A stretch of DNA of 64,000 bases, taken from the NCBI RefSeq assembly GCF_009914755.1, contig NC_060934.1; one strand, 5' to 3'. The stretch comes from the human T2T-CHM13v2.0 reference genome, Homo sapiens. This document shows, piece after piece, positions 1 to 13,305 of the stretch. The stretch's first letter is position 1. Each line of letters starts with the position of its first letter. The notes under the pieces were generated by a model. The model did no database searches, was not told where the DNA came from, and was given only the letters and a program-made list of their open reading frames with translations. The translations under genes were made by a program, and so were the position numbers.

Positions 1-1689
1 CATTTTATTAATTAAGCTTAATTACAGAGTTCTACCTCAGATCCTGCTGGAGTTATTGCACAATATTATCTTTTTAAAATCCAAAAAAAATTATTGTTGA
101 ATCACATCTGATTCCAAGAGTTTGAGATGGAGGATTGTCAATCAGTACTGTGGACATTTGATGAATACTCATCGCCAGCTTCTGGGTTAGGGTTTTCCAT
201 TAAGCAAGCAGAACAGGAACAGAAACGTTATACAGAGCAGGAAAGAAGAGATGGGAGAAAACAGCTGAGAATTTCCCAGAGTCTATACAGAACACTGCTG
301 CCAGTGCCCTCCCCCACTAACTTTGCCTGTCTGGACATGTGCGTAGTTTGCAGAGAAAACAGAGGAGACATCCCAAGTCTACTTGGATCCCAAGAAGGCA
401 AAGACCAAAGGTGGATTTTTGGCTGCATCTTCTCTTTAAGATAAAGATAGACATTATTGGAGTCCAAAGGAAAGAGGACTATCTCTTTTCAGCATCTGAA
501 TGTCTCCTCCAAGGGATGTAGGAGGCTCCACCAGAAGGCAGACAGCACATGCGATGGATGGTTCCAGGTTGGACTGATGATTGGTTGGTGAGCACAGACT
601 CTAGTGGGGATGGTATGATAGGTACTCTCTACCGCTAATCTAGATGCAAGATTGATCTTTGCCGGCATTGCATGTTTTTATTCAATCTTCTGAACTCTTC
701 TGCAACAATAATTAATGTCAGATCAGTTTATGGATCAACAGTGTATTTTCTGGTTAATGCAACCCTGCACCTATAATAACTCAAAACTGAGATTTATTGC
801 TCTACCATGATTCCCTCTTCATGCTTCATCTCTTCATGTTTACATCTGGTTTAACTTTTTCTAATCTAAAATAAATCAGCATGAAAAGCATTAGATTTTT
901 CATTTAGATTCTCAATTGCCTTTTATTACTGAGATAATATCCCTTATCTGATTGCAAATGGTAGGATTGTTCTCTTGTTAGGATCTGAATGAGGATGCTG
1001 CAGTTCAATCTATCTGTCTCTCCTTATTTCTCCTTCACTTTTGTTTTCAAGGGTGGTGGCTGGTGGGGTTCTGATATGAAAATGAGATGAATCAGGATGT
1101 AAAGTGGATATATTATTCCTACTATTTCTGCTCTTGGAGGTACATGGAGGAAGACAGCCTCCCCTGGCTGTCTAATGAGATGTGGTCTGCAGAGCGTTCA
1201 CTCTTCATTTTCCCATCAGGTGACTTCAGCTCCCTGTGTGTTTGCAGGTATAAGCGAGAGCAGCAAGGATGAAGCACTTGGCTGGAGATTTCTATGCAAA
1301 CATCAGCCATGAGGGGAGAATAACTCCAAAATATAGGCATGTTAAATACCCAGTTACCAAGTCAAATTTAGCTGAACTATTTCGTATATGAAAGAGGTAG
1401 ATTTCCCCAGATTACTTAAGTATTCCTTTCAGCATGTTCTATTATGTTTCTTATCATTTGTAACATTTTCTCTTTACAGGCATACCTCAGAGATATTGGG
1501 GGTTCAGTTGCAGACCACCACAATAAAGCAGATTATCACAATAAAGCAAACCACATGAATTTTTTGGCTTCCCAGGACATAGAAATGTTGTTTACACTAT
1601 ATTATATTCTATTAAAGGTGTATTATGTCAAAAAATGTACATACCTTAATTTTAAACTACTTACTGCTAAAACAAAAATGCTAATCATT

Positions 1690-3490
1690 TGAGCCTTCAA
1701 CAAGTTGCAATCTTTTTCTGGTGGAGGGTCTTGCCTTGGTGTTGACAGCTGCCAGCTGATCAGGGTGGTGTTTGCTGAAGGCTGCAGTGGCTGTAGCAAT
1801 TCCTTAAAATGAGACAACAATGAAGTTTGCTGCATCAATTGACTCTTCCTTTCACGAAACAGTTCTCTGTAGCATGTGAAGTTGTTTGGAGGCATTTCAC
1901 CCGCAGTAGAACTTCTTTCGACTTTGGAGGCAATCCCCTCAAACCTCACCACTGCTCTATCAACAAATTTATAGAATATTCTAAGTTGTTTGTTGTCATT
2001 TCAACAATGTCCACAGAATCTTCACCAGGAATAGTTCCATCTCAAGAAACAATTTTCTTTGTTCCTTCATAAGAAGTGACTTCTCATCCATTAAAGTTTT
2101 ATCATGAGATTACAGCAATTCAGTCACATCTTCAGGCTCCACTTCTAATTCAAGATCTCTTGCTATTTCTACAACATCTTTAGTTACTTCCTCCACTGAA
2201 GTCTCGAACCCCTCAAAGTCATCCATGAGGGTTGGAATCAACTTCTTCCAAACTCCTGTTAATGTGCTATTTTGACCTCCTTTCACGGATCATGAATGTT
2301 CCTAATGGCATCTAGAATGGTGAATCTTTTCCAGAAGGTTATCAGTTTGCTTTGCTCAGATTCATCAGCAGAATCACTCTCTATGGCAGCTATAGCCTTA
2401 GGAAATGTATTTCTGAAATAATAAGGCTTGAATGTCGAAATTAATTCTCGATCTATGGGCTGCAAAATGGATGTTGTGTTAGGCATGAAAACAACACTAA
2501 TCTTCTTGTACATTTCCATCGGAGCTCTTGGGTAACTGGGTACATTGTCAATGAGCGGTAATATTTTGAAAGGAATCTTTTTTTTTCTAAGCAGCAGGTC
2601 TTAACAGTGGGCTTAAAATAGTCAATAAACCATGCTGTAAATAGATATGCTGTGATCCAGGCTTTGTTGTTCCATTTATAGAGCACAGACAGAGTAGATT
2701 TAGCACTATTCTTAAGGGTCCTAGGATCTTCACAATGGGAAATGAGCATTGGTTTCAACTTAAGTTACCTGCTTCATTATCCCTAACAAGAGAGTCAGCC
2801 TGTCCTGTGGAAGCCAGGCATTGACTTTACCTCACTAACTATGAAAGTCCTAGAAGGCATCGTCTTCCAGTAGAAGGCTGTTTAGTCTCCATTGAAAATC
2901 TGTTGTTTAGTTTAGCCACCTTCATCAGTTATTTTCTGGATAACTTGCAGCAGCTTCTACATTAGGGTTGCTGCTTCGCCGTGCACTTTGATGTTATAGA
3001 GACAGCTTATTTCTTTAAACCTCATGAACCAACCTCTGCTAGCTTCAAACTTTTTTTCTGTATCTTCCTCACCTCTCTCAGGCTTCATAGAATTATGGCT
3101 GGATTAGGCCTTGGCTTAAGGGAATGTTGTGGCTGGATTGATCTGCTATCCAGACCACTCAAACTTTCTCCATATCAGCAATAAGGCTGTTCTACTTTCT
3201 TATCATTCCTGTGTTCACTGGAGTAGCACTTTTAATTTCCTTCAAGAATTTTTCCTTTGCATTCACAACTTGGCTAACTCTTTGGTACAACAGGCGCAGC
3301 TTTCAGCCTGACTGGGCTGTTGACATGTCTTCCTCACTAAGCTTAATCATTTCTAAACTAATCATTTCTAGGCATAATCATTTCTAGCTTTTGATTTAAA
3401 GCAAGAGATGTGAACACTTCCTTTCACTTGAACACTCAGAGGCCACTTGAGCGTTCACTTGAACACTCAGAGGCTTATTAATTAGCCTAA
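1690..3490 (-). pseudogene. Decayed Tigger1 transposase (TIGD1-like DDE) reading frame; boundaries approximate
   Basis: Peptides KPMLISHCEDPRTLKNSAKSTLSVLYKWNNKAW (2453-2758) and [23 protein letters not shown] (2283-2519) resemble Tigger1 transposase; they lie in different frames separated by frameshifts/stops. Confidence 0.85.
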
Positions 3491-3645
3491 TTTTCATACT
3501 TTTGTAGCTCAGGAAATAGGTAGGGCTTAAGAGAGGGAGAGAGGTGAGAGAACAACTGGGCTGTTGGAGCAGTTTCTTGATTAAGTTTGGTATGTTTTCT
3601 GGGTGCAATTTGTGGCACCTCAAGACATTTACAATAGTAATATGA

Positions 3646-3953
<308 letters not shown>

Positions 3954-4734
3954 TCATTGATCACAGATAACCATAACAGATATAATAATGAAAAAGTTTG
4001 AAATATTGTGAGAATTTCTAAAATGTGACACAGAGACACCCAGTGAGCACATGCTTTTGGAAAAACAGCACAGATAGACTTGACCAATACAATTGCCACA
4101 AACCTTCAACTTGTAAAGTATGTGATATCTGCAAAGTACAATAAAGTAAAGTGCAATAGAATGAGCTGTACTTGACAATGTGAGCTGATGATTCTAGAAC
4201 TGAGTCCATTTCTCATTCTGTGTGGAAATGTCCTTCCCCAGGAATTGTTTACCACCGCTTCCTACTTTCCCCCAATTAGAGTCCTGAACAGTTTGAAATA
4301 CTTTGAAATCAAATACACTGAAGTTACTCTGACTTTGGAACACCTCAGAGAGTTCTGGGAATTCAATAGCCCACTTGACCCTTTAACTTTTAACTCAGTT
4401 GTTGTTTTTCTTCTTTCAAAGCAACAGAGACAAAACAAAACAAAAAAAAAAAAAAAAAAAGAAGAAGAACAAAGGCATTTCCAGCTCCCTGGCTCACCTG
4501 TTTCCATGACATGCATGCCCTGGGCCTGGGGGGGAGAAGACCTTCAGATTTGGTATATTTTACCACTGGTGGTTGCTTTCTGTGATTTTTTTCAGCCAGA
4601 CTGACAGAAAGGAGTCCTTTTCGTGGCTGACTTTCACACCTTCTCAGAATTAGGGGAAGTGATAACTTCTGCTTATTGAACACTAGCAAAATTTGGTCCT
4701 TAAGAGCTTTATAACAGAAAAATCGTAGCAGCCA

Positions 4735-5130
4735 CACCATGGAGTGCTTACCAAGGGCCAGGCACCATTCTAAATGCTTCACAGGCATTATGTAATCTCC
4801 ATGGCAACTCCCAAAGGAAGGTACTACTGTAATCCCATTCTAAAGGCAAAGAAATGTTATTCTTATTAATAATAACATCAATAATAATGTGATCAATAAC
4901 TTTTTGGGCTCTTATTATGAGCCAAGGGCTTCCCTAAGTACTTCTCATACACAGCTTACTCAAGCCTCAAAGCAGCACAAGAAGAAGGTACTCTTAGTAA
5001 CTCCATTTTACATGTGAGGCAATTGACACTGAGGCAGCTAAGAGTCCATGAAAAATTGAAGAGTTAATGAATGGAAGAGTCAGGATTCATATCCAAGGTC
5101 ACCTGATCAAGGCCAAGCCCTTGCTCCTCT
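4735..5130 (-). mobile_element. MIR fragments (two, degenerate)
   Basis: MIR core-like motifs such as gagtgcttacc...ccaggcaccattctaaatgcttcac and ccattttacatgtgaggcaattgacac. Confidence 0.55.
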
Positions 5131-5227
5131 GCTGCCTCAGTAGAACATCATTTCTTTAATTAAGATGCTAGAAGTTGTAACCGAAATTTATCACGGCCAC
5201 ACAATACTACATACTTCAGGATTTCAG

Positions 5228-5478
5228 CTACAAGACATTTCAGAACAGGCAACGCTATAGCTTTAGAGAGCAGACGGGCGGCTGCCAGGGACTGGGCTTG
5301 GAAGTGCGTTGAGTGCAAAGGGCACAGGAGACTTTTCGGCTTGTGGAAATGGCCTATGTCACGATTTGGTACTGGAGTTCAACTGTACCCATTTGTCACA
5401 ACAAAATGAACTGTATGCTTCAAAAACGTATGAGTAATCATGTATGTAAGTTATATCTTAATAAGGCTGATTTTTAAC
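5228..5478 (+). mobile_element. Old L1 (L1ME-like) 3' end fragment
   Basis: ggctgccagggactgg...gcaaagggcacaggagacttttc...tgtatgtaagttatatcttaataag is typical of L1M 3'UTRs. Confidence 0.7.
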
Positions 5479-5751
5479 AAATATATTGTGAATAAGCTTC
5501 AACTTAGCTTAGAATTTCAATTCAACAAACATACAACTAGTTCGGGAAACAGGACATGCACCTGACCTCAGGGATCTCACTGTCCAACAAAAGAACCTAT
5601 AACTGACAACCATCCCAGGCATTCATACTTTGTGTTCTGTAAACACAGGTAAGTGCAGAGCCAGTTTCATGGGTGTGAGACCCGTGAATCTGCATAGGGG
5701 CCAGTACTCAGAAGTGCCATTCATTCAGTTTAATGTCACTATTTTGAATGT

Positions 5752-6185
5752 TTTTTTTTAATTGTGGTAAAATATAAACTACATAAAATTCACCATTTAA
5801 ATCATTTTCAAGTTCACAATTGAGCACGTTCACAATTTGTACAACCATCACCACTAACCATCTCCAGTACCTTTTTATCATCCTGAACAGCATCTCTGTA
5901 CTTATTAAATGATAATTCCCCATTCCTCCTCCTCCCAGCCCCTGGGGGCCTCTATTTTACATTCTGTTTCTGTGAATTTGACAATTCCGGGTTCTTCATA
6001 TAAGCAGAGTACAACAACGTTTGTCCCTTTGTGTTGGATTATTTCATTTGGCATCATATCCTCACAGTTCATCCAAAGGTGGGCTGCATTTTCACTCTGT
6101 TGAGTGTCCTTTAATGCACCCAATATTCCATTTGTATGAAGTCCAATTGATCAATTTTTTTTCCTTTGTGGGGCTGTGCTTTTGA
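5752..6185 (-). mobile_element. L1MB-type 3' end fragment
   Basis: tttttaattgtggtaaaatata...aaattcaccatt...ccatcaccacta...tttctgtgaatttgac is the antisense L1MB 3'UTR. Confidence 0.85.
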
Positions 6186-6220
6186 TATCACCATCTTGAA
6201 AATTTTAATACTTTGTCTTT

Positions 6221-6540
<320 letters not shown>

Positions 6541-7366
6541 TGAACTTGTGTTTTGTGGCAGCCAACAGGACTATGGGGCATGCTGGGGGCAGAGGAGGCA
6601 CATGCACTCCCTCACCACCCCATTGACATAAGGTGCTCCTCATTCACAGACTTTGGGTGAACCTACAAAGTCTGGGTGTGGGAGTTCAGGAAGATGCACA
6701 GTGAGTACAAGGTGAGCGCATTCTGTCCCAGAACAAGGACGTTGAAATGCCGACAGCCATGAGGTCCCGCTTCCCATTGGAACCAGACTGACTTCAAAGG
6801 CAGACAGAAGGCAGTGATGTTCTGAAAAACATGAGTGATCAGTAGCCCTATCAAAATCTCTCTTACTCATGCTACTTCCCTGTATAGCCAGCCACTTATG
6901 CTGAAGTGATGACACAGAAGGAAAAGAAAGACAGGGCAACCCTAGTTCCTTTCCTTGTAGTCTTTCCTCACTCATCAGCAGGCCAAAGGGCAGAGAATAT
7001 TGGTAAAATTATAGGAAGCAATGAAATTAAAAACAGTTGAGTTGTTGTTTGCAGCACTTCCATTATTCTGGTTTGAATGAAATACATATATGCGTCTATA
7101 AGCTACAAAAAACATGAACTCTGTCATTTAGGTGAATCCACCTGTGAGTTAAATGGTTTTTGTATTTGTGTTAAAACTGTCATTGCACAATGTAAAGCTG
7201 AACAGTAAAATTTGTGATAATAATTTAACATTTTAATTTTTACTTAGACCACCATTAAATAGCAAATTTAAAACACTGTAAAAAAGTCAAGAGACAGACT
7301 ACAGAATAGAATGAAAATTATTTGTATTTTAGTACCATTGCTGACAATTTTCCTTGATTTTCATGG

Positions 7367-7501
7367 ATTGATTGATTGATTGATTGATTGAAATGGGGTC
7401 TCACTATGTTGCCCAGGCTAGTCTTGAATGGGCTCAAATGATCCTCCCACCTCAGCCTCCCAAAATGCTGAGATTACAAGCGTGAGCCATTGCTCCTAGC
7501 C
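7367..7501 (-). mobile_element. Alu monomer (FLAM-like) with (ATTG)n microsatellite tail
   Basis: (GATT)6 at ~7367-7390, then an antisense left monomer ending ...gagccattgctcctagcc. Confidence 0.88.
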
Positions 7502-8504
7502 CTTTCCCTAGTTTTAAAACAAGGGAATCAGATTTTCATTTCGCAAGCTTCCTCCAGATTGCAGAGGCTGAACCTGAATAAATAGCCATTATTGTGGAGC
7601 TACTCCACAGAGTCTTCATGGTTTCTTTTCCTGTATATCTGACAGCCAGCACAGTGGCTGCACGCATTGGGAACTACAGAGCTTTCCTACTTCCAATCAG
7701 CAGTGAGGATATAAGCACACGGCATCTCCCATTCACTTCTGAGCCTCTCTGCATATCCAATAGCCAAGTCCCTTTCACACAGCTGACCCAGGACATCACC
7801 ACCAAACAGGCTGCCTTGAAAACTAGCGCAATATGAGGCAGCCAACCTAGAGCCATGCACTGAGAAGCTGGCAGTTTCCAGAAAGCATCAGTGAGGAGTT
7901 GAGTGCATTTGTGGCTAAAATAAGGGGATCTGTGAACTTTCTGTAAATTGAGGGCTGAATCAGAGGCATCTGAGCCCTGACATAGGCCCTTGGTTGCCAA
8001 TGCACTTGCCCCTGGCTGCTGGCTACTCTGCTGGGAGGTGGTTGCTTGCATTAGACATAAAATAGCAAGCGACGTGTTGTTTACTTTGAGAAAATATTTC
8101 TCCCATTTGTCTTCGGCCCTATTGGTTTCTCTAATACGTTATTATTTCTAAATTTGGGATATTTTCCAAGATACTCATTTTTAGAGCTGTCTCAAAGTCC
8201 TTTCTAGATGGAGAAGAGATATAAATTAGACTCACAGAGAGGAAATTAAATAATTCTGCTTTTTGGAATTGGATTAATGAAAACATTGATCATACAAAGT
8301 GACCTTCATTTTTAGCTTCATTTGGACAAACTAGAGCTGTTACCTGTTTGTCCATCTGTCTGTCTGTGATCACTGAAAAATGAGTGAATCTGTAATAGAG
8401 ACTAATGTAAGTATTGAATCAAGGAAGATCTCTTACATGCACTGACTAATCAACCATCATGCACCCTGGCCCCAGGTGCTCATCTAACACATACCGCATG
8501 CACT

Positions 8505-8625
8505 TCTGTTTATTCATTTCTTCGTTCATAATGCATCCCACAAACGTCTACTGAGTGCTGGTCTGGTGCCAGGGGCACATGGTGAGCTAGAGCAGATGAT
8601 GTGCACTTTGCCTCATGGAGCTCCC
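8505..8625 (-). mobile_element. L2 3' fragment
   Basis: ttcatttcttcgttca...caaacgtctactgagtgc...tgccagg...gcctcatggagctc. Confidence 0.55.
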
Positions 8626-8711
8626 AGACAGAGACTCCAACCTACGTGCTTTCAATCCCAAGGGCTCCTTCTATTTCCTTTACTCCACAGATGCAAAAAT
8701 TTAAAATATAG

Positions 8712-9360
8712 TGTGGCAGGCCAAATACTCAGATGATTTTTAAGATTCCCCTTGGTGTACACGCCCTACATGTTCCCCTGTCTTTGATGGTGAAAAGATC
8801 CTATGAATATGACGGGCTATCATATCCATGATTAAGTTACATTATATGGCAAAAGGGTTGGGTTTTACTGACATAATTAAGGCTACTAATCAGTTGACAT
8901 TGAGTCAATCAAAAGGGAGATTATATCAGACAGGCCTGACCTAGTCAGGTGAGCCTTTTATAGAAGTCAGAGAGATTCAAAGTAGCAGAGATTCTCCTTC
9001 TGGCCTTGAAGAAGCAAACAACGTATTGTGAGCTGCCCACGGCTAGAGCCTCAGACAGTGACCTGAAGCAGTCCTCTAAAAGCTGAGAATGTCTCTGGCT
9101 AACAGCCAGTAAGAAAATGGGGACTTCAGCCCTGTAGCCACAAGGAACTGAATTCTGCCAAGAACCAGTGATCTTGGAAGAGGATCCCAAAGCCTCAGAG
9201 ATCACAGTCTCAGGTGACACCTTGATTCAACCTGAAGACATCCTAATCAGAGAAGCCATCTAACCTACACCAGGACTTCTGATCTACAAATAATCAATGG
9301 TGTTGTTTTAAGCTGCTATGTATGTAATAATTTGTTAGGCAGCAATAAAAAACAAATACA
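8712..9360 (+). mobile_element. MaLR solo LTR (MLT1E-like)
   Basis: TGTGG start and ...gcagcaataaaaacaaatACA end; internal cagccagtaagaaaatggggacttcag and caaggaactgaattctgcca. Confidence 0.85.
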
Positions 9361-9629
9361 GATTGTGTCTGCCAGATTTTTTCCTTTTTCTAATAGCCAA
9401 TCATAACAGACACAATACATGATCCTGCCTTAAATTGATATCATCTCAGTCATAAGTACAGCAGCTAGCTGCTTCAGTTAATTTGTGCATGGTGATCATT
9501 TCCCTTGGACTGGAGAACCCCTACTGTTAGCCCTGTGGACCATGATTTTGGAAACACTTAACGTGGCATGGGACAACCTTGAGAATCTGGCTTCTGCTAT
9601 TGTATGCTTGACACAAATGTCATTAACTT

Positions 9630-11215
9630 GGAAAACTTTTAGCCATTATTTCTTCAAATCTTTTTTCTTCTCACTCCTCCCCCACATTCTTTCTGTGTAT
9701 CTAATCATATGTGTGTTGGGCTTCTTGATATCATCCTCCAGGTCACAGGAGCAGCATCCATAAAGTACTAGTTACAATTTGCCTGCACCCAGGGGCCACG
9801 TCTTTGTGCCATGGCTCTATGATAGAGTTGGAGATGGCAGGAAAACATATGTTCAAACTTGGACAACAACAACAACTCATTTTCATGGGGTACAGCCTCC
9901 ATGCCAATTCCAAGGCTCAACCCTTTATATAGGTTATCTCTTTTAATGCCCCCAGCAACGCTATAAGGCAGATATTATCATTGTTCATATGAATACAGAT
10001 GAGAAAACTAGGCTCAAAGAGAACAAGAAAATTGCCAAGGTCACTCAGCTAGTAAGAACCCAGACAGTCTCGACCCAGTGCTCTTTCTCTTAATCACACC
10101 ACCACCTGTCATCTGCCATCTCTTCTCTCCCTTGGTTTGGCTGAAATGTGGATATGGTTTCCCCACAAGTTCCCAATTCCCTGATGGAAATTGACCAAAA
10201 TGATGTCAGATAGATCTTACAGTGCTCTTTCTCTCTTGCTGTCTCTCCCTCTCTGAATCTCACTCTTGCTCTCTCTCTCTTTTTTTTTTTTCTCTCTTGT
10301 CTTCATTTTGGAAAGTTCATTGATCTTTTCTTCTGCAGCATCCAATCTGCTGTTAATCCCACCCAGTAAAATTTCCATTTTAGATAGTGTCATTTTTTTC
10401 TTATCAAGAAGTTCTTTTTTAAAAATCATCCATTTCTTGCCCCATTATGGTGATGTCTTTTCTTAAATCCTTGAATTTAAAGGGCAAACAATATAATTAT
10501 AATATTTGTAATAGCCTTTTAATAGATCATTGCTTGCTAATTCTCTCATTTGCATCATTAATGAATCTGTTTTTACTAACCAGTATTATCTTGGTTATGA
10601 GTCATATGCTCTGGATTCTTTGAATGTTTAGTAATTTTGATTGGATGACAGACATTGTAAATTTTATATTATTGCTTGCTGGATTTTGTTGTAGTCTTGT
10701 TAAAAAAAAAAAAAAAAGTTGAACTTTGTTTGCCAGCTAAACCACTTGAGGAATGGCTTGATTATTTCAACAACTGGTTTTAAAATTATTATGGGTGGAT
10801 CTAGGGTAGCCTTTACTGAGGCTAGTTTAGCCGCACTGCTAAGACATGACCCTCCTCGGGGCTCTACGTGATTTTCCCTGTATTCAGTGAGGTCTCTACA
10901 TTCCAGGTGGTAAAGGACCCGAATGATTCATGGCTCTGAGGTAGTGCTGAGAAAGGCTCATCTCACAGCTCCCCAGTAAGATGTTCTTTCCTTGCCAGTT
11001 TTCTCTGTCTGGTCATAGAGACTTTCTCCCTACACAGCACAGATTAATTTTCAGCCAGACTTAAGAGGGCCTGAAGCAAACTTCTGGAGCTGTTTTTTTT
11101 CCTCTCAAGAAGTGTGCCTTGCAAATAACAGTCACATCCTGTGTCTTCTCAGCTCAGAGAGACTACTGGGTTCTGTTTAGGTTTTCCCTTCCTGTGCCCC
11201 CGTTCAGAAATTGCC
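9630..11215 (-). mobile_element. Old L1M 5'/ORF1 fragment, interrupted by a duplicated segment at 9750-10219
   Basis: Antisense ORF1-like sequence (ttttagccattatttcttcaaat...; aagttcattgatcttttcttctgcagcatccaatctgctgttaatccc); peptide GINSRLDAAEEKINEL at 10217-10429. Confidence 0.75.
9750..10219 (+). repeat. Copy 1 of a local dispersed direct duplication (partner 12894-13305)
   Basis: By-eye alignment: about 36 mismatches over ~412 aligned bp, plus a 55-bp (9822-9876) and a 3-bp segment present only in this copy. Confidence 0.95.
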
Positions 11216-11323
11216 ATTCCTTCTGCCTAAAATGTCCTCCCCTTCCCTATTTGCCTATACTCTCTCTGTCCCCCCACGCCTGGAAACCTCCCACTCTTCC
11301 ATAAAGAATGTGCCCAGAGGTCT

Positions 11324-11559
11324 CCTCCATGCATTCTTGCTGAGTTCTCTGGATCCACAATCTGTGTAGACACCCTGGCCTGGCATCATTGGGATGGGTG
11401 CCTCCGTGCATTCTTGCTGAGTTCTCTGGATCCACAATCTGTGTAGACACCCTGGCCTGGCATCATTGGGATGGGTGCCTCCGTGCATTCTTGCTGAGTT
11501 CTCTGGATCCACAATCTGGGTAGACACCCTGGCCTGGCATCATTGGGATGGGTGCCTCC
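11324..11559 (+). repeat. Tandem repeat, 77-bp unit x 3, embedded in an L2-like fragment
   Basis: Units start at 11324, 11401 and 11478 (CCTCCRTGCATTCTTGCTGAGTTCTCTGGATCC...GGGATGGGTG); only two variant positions. Confidence 0.97.
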
Positions 11560-12893
11560 TTGATCAGATGATAAGCCTCTTTGTCCTCTGTGTCCCCGGC
11601 ACCTACCACAGTTCCTGGCACACAGTAGGTCCTTAATACATATTTGTTACAAGAGCCAGCCCAGGTGTTTCCTCTTTAATCTGTCTGCTCCACTAGAGGA
11701 GGAAGAGGACCTAGAGTGGCAAAAACAGAGGGTGGTAAGAACACATGTGGTCCTCAGAACTGTAAGGAAGTTATCAGTGAGAAAGCTGCGGAGGGACAAA
11801 TGTCTCAATCAGAAGGAAAGAGAAAGAGCACCCGATTTAGAGGGGCATGATAACTGCTCCTAATCACTTGATCCTGGTGTAGTTGACTTTCTCTGTAGTT
11901 AGCTCTGAACCTCCCTGAGTTCTAGCTGTTGTTGTCAGGAGATGTGCTGCCCCCGACCCAGCACCACGTGAGAAGTATAATCTGCAGAAGAAGACGTAAC
12001 ATAGATGGAATCCTCCTTCCGCCGCTCCTAACTGTGTCACTGTGCAGCCTGCACCATCTCTCTGGCCTCACAGAATTTTCTCTTTGGAAAAATAGGCCTC
12101 ATGTGTCTCACACAGCTGTGGTGAGCTTCAATGAGGCAATTCAGGAAATCAGCTGACACCCGCCTCTTTTGTTCCATCTCCGTCTCTCAGCTCTCCTTGC
12201 ACGCAGTGGTCCTGGCTTCCACACTGTCCTCTCTGACTCACATCTGCCCCCACCCCCTGCCCTTCTACACACCAGTTTTCTTAACATGGACAATTCAGCT
12301 GGCTTTTTTGTGACTTCCTTTGGGGTTCATGCGGTTGGAAAATATTGGTCTAGAACTTGCAGATCATGGGTTCAGAACTGCAAAAAACCACCAAGTACCC
12401 TATTTAAAAACATAGATTTCTGGATGCCACCCCTCCCAGAACCCAGGGGTCTGAATTCTCAGAAAGTTCTAAGGATTCTAAAGTACACTAAGGTGTGAGG
12501 GCCATGCAATCTTCCATAAGATGGTAAAACCCCATTTAGATCCTTGCCCCTAGGGAGGTCCATTTTATGTCGAAAATGCCTCATTAATGCTTTCTACCTT
12601 AGCCCTAGCTTTATCGTGAGGGAATCAGGTGTGGAAGAACTCACACTCTCAAGAGTCTCTTGTCCGTGATGGAATTTGCAGCTGGCCCCAGGAGTAGGCG
12701 TGCTCTAAATGAAAACTGTGCATTCAGGTCCTGGCCAATTTGATGACTAATCTCTGAATTGCTTGGGGGATGGAGATTACCCTGAGCCAAGAATATAGAA
12801 GGTCATAAGTCTCTGTGACCTGACGCTCTGAGTGTGGGGAAGCAGGGAAAGGAAGTGTTTCGCCCCAATTTAAACAAGACCTGCTTACAAAGC

Positions 12894-13305
12894 AGCAGCA
12901 CCCATAAATCACTGGTTACAATTCGCCTGCACCCAGGGGCCACTTCTTGGTGCCGTGGCTCTGTGTCACTTTCACGGGGTACAGCCTCCATGCTAGCCCC
13001 AAGACTTAACCCTTTATATAGGTTATCTCTTGTAATGCCCCCAGCAACGCTATAAGGCAGATATTATCATTTTTCCTATGAACACAGATGAGAAAACTAG
13101 GCTCAAAGAGAAGAAAATTGCCAAGGTCACTTAGCTGGTGAGAGCCCAGACAGCCTCAACCCGGTGCTCTTTCTCTTAACCACACCACCACCTTTCATCT
13201 GCCGTCTCTTCTCTCCCTTAGTTTGGCTGAAATGTGGATATGGTCTCCCCACAAGTTCCCAATTCCCTGGTGGAAATTTACCAAAATGATGTCAGATAGA
13301 CCTTA
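12894..13305 (+). repeat. Copy 2 of the local duplication (contains a MIR core)
   Basis: Aligns to 9750-10219 well beyond the internal MIR segment. Confidence 0.95.
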
